A DNA stretch of 32,000 nucleotides from Psychrobacter sp. DM4. Lineage in GTDB: Bacteria; Pseudomonadota; Gammaproteobacteria; Pseudomonadales; Moraxellaceae. This document shows, in pieces, positions 27,634 to 32,000 of this stretch. How positions within the stretch are numbered: the stretch's first letter is position 1; every line of letters begins with the position of its first letter. Made by a program: the position numbers and the translations under genes. Location: assembly GCF_051307035.1 (NCBI RefSeq), contig NZ_CP195536.1, positions 2,370,001 through 2,402,000 on the forward strand, in the 5' to 3' direction. The notes beneath the pieces are model-generated. The model was not told the origin of the DNA, searched no databases, and saw nothing but the letters and a program-made list of their open reading frames with translations.

Positions 27634-27908
27634 AAATGCAAAAAACGTCAGGGCAATCCAAAAGACGACATATATATTTATGATAGCGATTACTCCAATA
27701 CAGAGGAAAGAATGACTTAACTATATCTAGGTATCGAACCTTATCGTTCTTGTTATATCGCTCACAGCACACTCGATACAGCGCAAATCGATACCATGGC
27801 GACATCCTTGTATCTTAGCAGTTTGTAGAGATGCCTTTGTAAAAAAGTGCTGTCATGGGTGGTGAGATTGTGTTGGTTTGGCTAGTAATATGGCAAGATT
27901 TAGTTATG

Positions 27909-27945
27909 AAAAAACCGCTACGGCGAGATGCGGTAACGGTTTTTT
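27909..27945 (-). terminator. Probable Rho-independent terminator downstream of the TerF-like gene
   Basis: Imperfect 10-bp stem ccgctacggc / gcggtaacgg (2 mismatches) with loop gagat, flanked by A6 and T6 runs. It lies about 30 nt past the stop at 27972. Confidence 0.6.
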
Positions 27946-27971
27946 GTACTAATCAAGATAAGAAGTTATTT

Positions 27972-29267
27972 TCATTTCTGTATCAACCCTATCTCACGTG
28001 CTTCTTTGAGCCAGCTTGGAAACTCTTCTAGCATATTCTCATATAAAGCTTCTTCGCTAACATCATCCAAATCGTCTAGTTCAAAAAAGCTGCAATTATC
28101 TACTAGTCGTCCCGTCATATCGTCTAAGTCTTTTAAGATGCCGTAACTACGACCACCCAAACCAACGAATTGCCAAAATATCGGTAGTTTCGCGGCTTCG
28201 GTCATGATCTTGGTAATGCCACGCGTATCTCGCACTCCGCCATCACTGATGAATAAAATATAAACGGGAACATTGAGTCCATCATTCTGATAAAAATCAG
28301 TGACCGCTTTCATTACTCCTGCTTCATTATTGGTACGTGCGCCTAACTGCCATTTACGCCAGCCACCCTGTACGGTATCGATAAAATCAGCGTAGTTATT
28401 GAGTCCGACCTCACCTAGATAAGAGCACTGCTCACCAAAAGCCCAACAGTCTAGCGCTTGGTCGTCATCGAAGCTCACTGCCAATGGCAATATGCGATTG
28501 ACCACTTCTTGCACGCGGCCTTTTTTGTACTGCCTGTTCATTGAGCCTGAAGCATCTAGCACCAACGCTACCTTTGCGGTTAATTGCTGCAATTGGCGTT
28601 TTTCTAGCGAAATGGTGGCTTTTTTGGCCAGATTGACCAGTTTTGGTGCTTTGTCTAGCATGACCTTCTCGAGCGACGGTTTTGCTTGCATTGGCGTGGC
28701 GGTCGTATCTGCTGCTTGTGGGCTACTCTCTTCTACATCGCCACCGAAATGCTGCACGATGGCGGCAAGTCCACCATTAAAGCCTTGCGCGACGTTGGAT
28801 ACTCGCCAAACGCCACTCTTACGGTAAAGCTGCATCAGCATACTGGCTTGCTGCTGAGCAAAGTCTGCTGCTTGATACGCTGCCTGCGCTTTTTGGGTTT
28901 GCTGCCAAATAACAATCTCTAACGATTGAATTTGATTAAGCGGCGTATCGGCTGATAATACAAAAAACAAGCTGTCTATATCAGTAGACAGTTTGGATAA
29001 GTTAACCTCAAACTCGGCTTGAATGCCTTTATTCGCCGTTGGCTGCGACTCGTAATGGGTGAGCTTGATTTGTCCGCATGATGAGGTTGGCTGATTATAA
29101 AACACCATGTAATCATCATTGATCAGTTTACCCGCTGCATCTAAGGCAAAGCAGCTGATATTCATCTCTATCGGGCTTTGGCGGGTAAATTTAAGCGTGA
29201 TGGGTGCGGTATCGTCAATAGTAAGGTTGCTTAAAGGTACGCGTTGTCCGACGGTGAGATGGTTCAT
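27972..29267 (-). CDS. TerF-like stress protein: N-terminal TerD domain fused to a C-terminal vWA (vWA-TerF-like) domain
   Basis: The N-terminal region fits the TerD pattern (ISCFALDAAGKLINDDYMVFYNQ..., FFVLSAD, GVWRVSNVAQGFNGGLAAIVQHFG). The C-terminal vWA has a MIDAS motif (VALVLDASGSM, then YILFISDGG). AAGGAA precedes the ATG at 29267. The track's start at 29297 is less likely. Confidence 0.85.
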   Translation of the reverse strand: MNHLTVGQRVPLSNLTIDDTAPITLKFTRQSPIEMNISCFALDAAGKLINDDYMVFYNQPTSSCGQIKLTHYESQPTANKGIQAEFEVNLSKLSTDIDSLFFVLSADTPLNQIQSLEIVIWQQTQKAQAAYQAADFAQQQASMLMQLYRKSGVWRVSNVAQGFNGGLAAIVQHFGGDVEESSPQAADTTATPMQAKPSLEKVMLDKAPKLVNLAKKATISLEKRQLQQLTAKVALVLDASGSMNRQYKKGRVQEVVNRILPLAVSFDDDQALDCWAFGEQCSYLGEVGLNNYADFIDTVQGGWRKWQLGARTNNEAGVMKAVTDFYQNDGLNVPVYILFISDGGVRDTRGITKIMTEAAKLPIFWQFVGLGGRSYGILKDLDDMTGRLVDNCSFFELDDLDDVSEEALYENMLEEFPSWLKEAREIGLIQK

Positions 29268-29332
29268 GGTGTTCCTTAATAGATCATAATTAATCACAAT
29301 TTTTTCTTGATCGATAACGCAGTTTTAGACAT

Positions 29333-29366
29333 TAAAAAGCCACTATAACTAAAAGCTATAGCGGCT
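29333..29366 (-). terminator. Rho-independent terminator ending the AT-rich two-gene operon
   Basis: On the reverse strand the stem is agccgctata / tatagtggct (1 mismatch) with a 9-nt loop, followed by tttttaa. It lies 42 nt past the stop of the 184-aa ORF and upstream of the TerF-like start. Confidence 0.7.
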
Positions 29367-29407
29367 GTGTATGTAGAACTGATATAATTTTACTAAGAAT
29401 AGCCTAG

Positions 29408-29962
29408 CTAACAAAATTTAGCTTGCTCAGCCTTATATTCTTTTCCCAGAGTTCTAATAAATTCTAAATCTTTTTCATAAGGAACTAACGATTTAAAACC
29501 TGCTTTTACAGCATTAGAGGTAATAAAATATAGTACTTTAATTATAACTTCAGACTTTAAGAAAGGAGTATAAGCTAGAAAAGCATCAAAAACTATATGA
29601 ACCAGTCGTACTTGAAATACTTTTACCTCTGGTAAAACATTGCTTTCTACTCTACTTTTCTTATTCTCAATAACTCTTAGCTTATCTATAAATCGTCGAA
29701 AATTAAACATTGTATGTTTACTATCCTTATAGTTATGGATAGTAACATTGTTAGTATTCAGAATTTCTCTCAGCTGAATATAATCAGACCTAGATAAACC
29801 ATTTCTCTCTTCGTATAGATATGTAATCATATCTCTGCGTAAATCACAAAATTCAAAAATATAACGATCGTGCTTCTGAATTCTTTTCAAGTAGACAGTT
29901 TCGAAAAGAGCAAATATTACAGCAATTACTAGCATTAGTATTAACATAATAATTTTCTCCAT
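29408..29962 (-). CDS. Hypothetical protein with N-terminal TM anchor (184 aa), AT-rich islet gene 2
   Basis: A 184-codon ORF in DNA of about 30% GC, where stop codons are frequent. It has an N-terminal hydrophobic helix (IIMLILMLVIAVIFALF) and then a Lys/Glu/Arg-rich, helical-looking domain. An alternative start at 29947 has GGAG 9 nt upstream. No family recognised. Confidence 0.65.
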   Translation of the reverse strand: MEKIIMLILMLVIAVIFALFETVYLKRIQKHDRYIFEFCDLRRDMITYLYEERNGLSRSDYIQLREILNTNNVTIHNYKDSKHTMFNFRRFIDKLRVIENKKSRVESNVLPEVKVFQVRLVHIVFDAFLAYTPFLKSEVIIKVLYFITSNAVKAGFKSLVPYEKDLEFIRTLGKEYKAEQAKFC

Positions 29963-29971
29963 TCTAACATT

Positions 29972-30319
29972 TCACTTAGCCTTCTTTTTACTGCTTTTTT
30001 TAGTAGTACTATCGTATGAAAACTTCTCATCAAGTATCGCGAGAAATCTGTCTCTATACTCACTATTATCTGCTGCTAATCGATCAATTTGTAATTGCCT
30101 ATTATCTAAATTGGACTTGTATAACTTGTGAAGATACCAGTGAGCACCAAAAAAAAATACTATAGCTACGAAATATTCTGGACCTACAGTTTCTAATAGA
30201 TTAGACAGAAAATTAGTCACCGCTTCAACCTTACCAGTGCTACCTTCTGCTAACTCGGTCTTTTGGGCTACTTCATTTGCAATATCAGTTTGTTCCACTC
30301 GTACCTCTGCATAAAACAA
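29972..30319 (-). CDS. Hypothetical single-TM protein with Lys-rich tail (108-115 aa), AT-rich islet gene 1
   Basis: The ORF ends 9 nt before gene 2. It has one central TM (YFVAIVFFFGAHWYL) and a C-terminal KKSSKKKAK. There is no in-frame ATG, so the start is either TTG at 30319 or, more plausibly, GTG at 30298, which has AGAGG 5 nt upstream. Confidence 0.55.
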   Translation of the reverse strand: MFYAEVRVEQTDIANEVAQKTELAEGSTGKVEAVTNFLSNLLETVGPEYFVAIVFFFGAHWYLHKLYKSNLDNRQLQIDRLAADNSEYRDRFLAILDEKFSYDSTTKKSSKKKAK

Positions 30320-30386
30320 ATCTCATATAAGCCTCTTGTAGATCAAGTATATAACAGTAAGCTAATTATAATTGTAACTAATATAT

Positions 30387-30414
30387 TTTTCTATTACGGT
30401 AGAGTAATAGAAAA
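30387..30414. promoter_or_regulatory. Perfect 11-bp-arm palindrome upstream of the islet operon (ttttctattac-ggtaga-gtaatagaaaa)
   Basis: Read directly. It lies about 70-115 nt upstream of the candidate starts of islet gene 1 and is a candidate operator. Confidence 0.4.
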
Positions 30415-30549
30415 TATGAATTTTCATAGCTTTCTAACGGAAAATAACCAGAGGTATTATAGAACTATAGTTCATTAATTAATAGTTGTTTTGCTAATAT
30501 TACCATATTATCGCTTGTTTCGTGCAAAACACTATGACTCTAAAGTAGC

Positions 30550-30567
30550 CTATAACAGCTATAACAG
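30550..30567. repeat. Tandem 9-mer ctataacag x2
   Basis: Read directly at the right-hand (GC-transition) edge of the AT-rich islet. Confidence 0.5.
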
Positions 30568-30705
30568 CGTAATACATCTAACTATATTCAATCTAGCGCG
30601 AGGGACAAGCTGAGTCATTAAAGAACACCGCCCCGTGCATCGCATATTTGCCCATTATTAAAGGACTCCGATGCTGAGGCCATGCTCTTTAAGCTTTTGC
30701 TTTAG

Positions 30706-32000
30706 TTACAACGCTTTTAACTCTTCCATCTGCGCCGTCATCGCGGTCAACTGCCCTTCTAGCTCAGCCAGTTTCGCCTTTTCAGCATCGACCACTTCCG
30801 CAGGTGCTTTACTGACAAAGCCTTCATTTCCTAGCTTACGCGCGATGCCCTCTAACTGACCTTTCAACTTATCATATGACTTACCTAAACGTGCTAGCTC
30901 AGCCGTTGGATCGATCAGACCTTTCATCGGTACGAGTACACGTAGCTGACCAACCATACTTGATGATGATAGTGGAATCTTTTGATCAGAGCCGTCACCA
31001 CTATTTATAATCTCTAAGCTCTCGACTTTGGCAAGCGCTTTGAACTGGTTTTTGATACGGGATAGACGCGCATCTTCATCGCTAGAGATATTTTGTAGTA
31101 GCACTGGCAGACGTACGGCATTGCCTAGCTTCATCTCACCACGGATGTTACGGACGCTGGCGATCAGCTCTTGTAGCCATGCCATATCCGACTCGATTTG
31201 CTCGCTGATTTGGGCATTATCGGTTTGTGGGTAGTCCGCGATGACGATGCTTTCGGTGTTTTTGCGACCTAATAGTGGCGCGATGGTCTGCCAGATTTGC
31301 TCAGTCAGATACGGCATGATTGGATGGGTGAAGCGCAACGCGGTCTCAAGCACATGCAAGAGGACATAGCGGATTTGTGCTTTGCGCTCGTCCGTCACCG
31401 AGTCATCATTGAGGCTGGCTTTGGCAAGCTCAACGTACCAATCACAATACTCGTTCCAGATGAACTCATAGATGTCTTGGCTGACCATATCGAGGCGATA
31501 CTGGGTAAAATGCTGATGGATGTCTTTGATGCTTGAGTTTAGGCGACTCATAATCCATTTTTCTGGTAATTCCCACACCTCAGGATTAGGCGCTTGGTCG
31601 ATAGGTTTGGCAGTACCTTCGCTATCGACACAGTTCATCAGTACAAAACGGCTGGCGTTCCAGATTTTATTACAGAAGTTACGATAGCCCTCGACACGCT
31701 TTAGGTCAAAGTTGATATCGCGACCCGTACTGGCAAGCGAGGTAAAGGTAAAGCGTAGCGCATCGGTACCAAAGGCTGGAATACCTTCTGGGAACTCTTT
31801 ACGCGTTTGCTTTTCGATTTTGGCCGCGTCTTTCGGGTTCATCATATTGCTGGTGCGTTTTTCTACCAGCGCTTCAAGCTCAATACCATCGATCAAGTCA
31901 ATCGGATCTAAAACGTTGCCTTTCGATTTTGACATTTTTTGACCATTGCCATCACGCACTAGACCATGCACATAAACGGTTTTAAACGGTACTTGCGGCG
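30706..32000 (-). CDS. valS: Valyl-tRNA synthetase, C-terminal part (N-terminus off the right edge)
   Basis: The frame stays open to the window end (…PFKTVYVHGLVRDGNGQKMSKSKGN with the class I KMSKS motif). The anticodon-binding region and the C-terminal coiled coil (AEVVDAEKAKLAELEGQLTAMTAQMEELKAL) are typical of ValRS. Confidence 0.95.
   Translation of the reverse strand, partial: PQVPFKTVYVHGLVRDGNGQKMSKSKGNVLDPIDLIDGIELEALVEKRTSNMMNPKDAAKIEKQTRKEFPEGIPAFGTDALRFTFTSLASTGRDINFDLKRVEGYRNFCNKIWNASRFVLMNCVDSEGTAKPIDQAPNPEVWELPEKWIMSRLNSSIKDIHQHFTQYRLDMVSQDIYEFIWNEYCDWYVELAKASLNDDSVTDERKAQIRYVLLHVLETALRFTHPIMPYLTEQIWQTIAPLLGRKNTESIVIADYPQTDNAQISEQIESDMAWLQELIASVRNIRGEMKLGNAVRLPVLLQNISSDEDARLSRIKNQFKALAKVESLEIINSGDGSDQKIPLSSSSMVGQLRVLVPMKGLIDPTAELARLGKSYDKLKGQLEGIARKLGNEGFVSKAPAEVVDAEKAKLAELEGQLTAMTAQMEELKAL

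Noticed and set aside
27617-27805. 62-aa minus-strand ORF upstream of the 3-TM protein gene, a possible frameshifted N-terminal extension
   Set aside because: The product is rich in Cys, Tyr and Trp and looks non-coding. The 146-aa ORF has a sensible start of its own, and there is no evidence of a disrupted larger gene.
29408-30319. Holin plus SAR-endolysin (phage lysis cassette) reading of the two islet genes
   Set aside because: The topology is superficially similar: a small TM protein with a basic tail followed by a protein with an N-terminal TM. However, the 184-aa protein lacks a lysozyme-type catalytic triad with correct spacing (Glu-x8-Asp/Cys-x5-Thr) and any muramidase or amidase motif I can recognise. 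No other phage genes are nearby.
30263-30478. 71-aa plus-strand ORF in the islet leader
   Set aside because: It lies in very AT-rich DNA, overlaps the start of islet gene 1 on the other strand, and its Ile/Asn/Phe/Tyr-rich product reflects composition only.
29338-30567. Flanking direct repeats as att-like or target-site duplications for the AT-rich islet
   Set aside because: Only short shared strings (7-mers such as ctataac and tagccta) occur near both edges. In AT-rich DNA these are expected by chance. No integrase or tRNA is present to support site-specific integration.
1-32000. Search for CRISPR arrays, tRNA/rRNA genes, IS elements or integrases
   Set aside because: I saw no spaced repeat arrays, no cloverleaf-like conserved tRNA sequence (for example GTTCGAATC-type T-loops in a suitable context), and no transposase or integrase-like ORFs. 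All repeats found are short and local. A tRNAscan or Infernal run would be needed to be certain.

Overview
The window looks like a chromosomal segment of a gammaproteobacterium. Gene content and order suggest Moraxellaceae, possibly Psychrobacter, but that taxon call is inference only. GC is mid-40s percent by eye. Most of the window is ordinary housekeeping. From left to right it holds ccmABCD on the minus strand (ccmD runs off the left edge) and a co-directional block of an unknown 361-aa protein, a YbjN-like protein, an HDAC-family deacetylase and DUF2905. Next come divergent coaBC and radC, a long fadE, a 5'-truncated DAACS symporter remnant, a TauE/SafE permease, nhaA and a DUF2236-like protein. 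These are followed by two Nudix hydrolases flanking a truncated HPP-family remnant, a roughly 1000-aa M16 (PreP-like) metalloprotease, tandem uspA paralogues and a divergent yeiE-like LysR / yeiH pair. A cspA-family gene with a near-consensus promoter and long leader, and a ybaN-like gene, complete the core. The right-hand 6 kb looks accessory. It carries a lipoprotein, a 3-TM protein, a TerD+vWA 'TerF-like' protein and a sharply AT-rich islet of about 1.2 kb with two uncharacterised membrane-protein ORFs. That islet abuts the 3' end of valS, which runs off the right edge. I recognised no rRNA, tRNA, CRISPR array, transposase or integrase. The best candidate for something undescribed is the AT-rich two-gene cassette at about 29.4-30.6 kb next to the orphan TerF-like gene; I cannot assign it a function from sequence alone. 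Other oddities are a His/Glu/Asp-rich insertion in CoaBC, a low-complexity tail of about 165 extra residues on FadE, and two eroded transporter/membrane genes.
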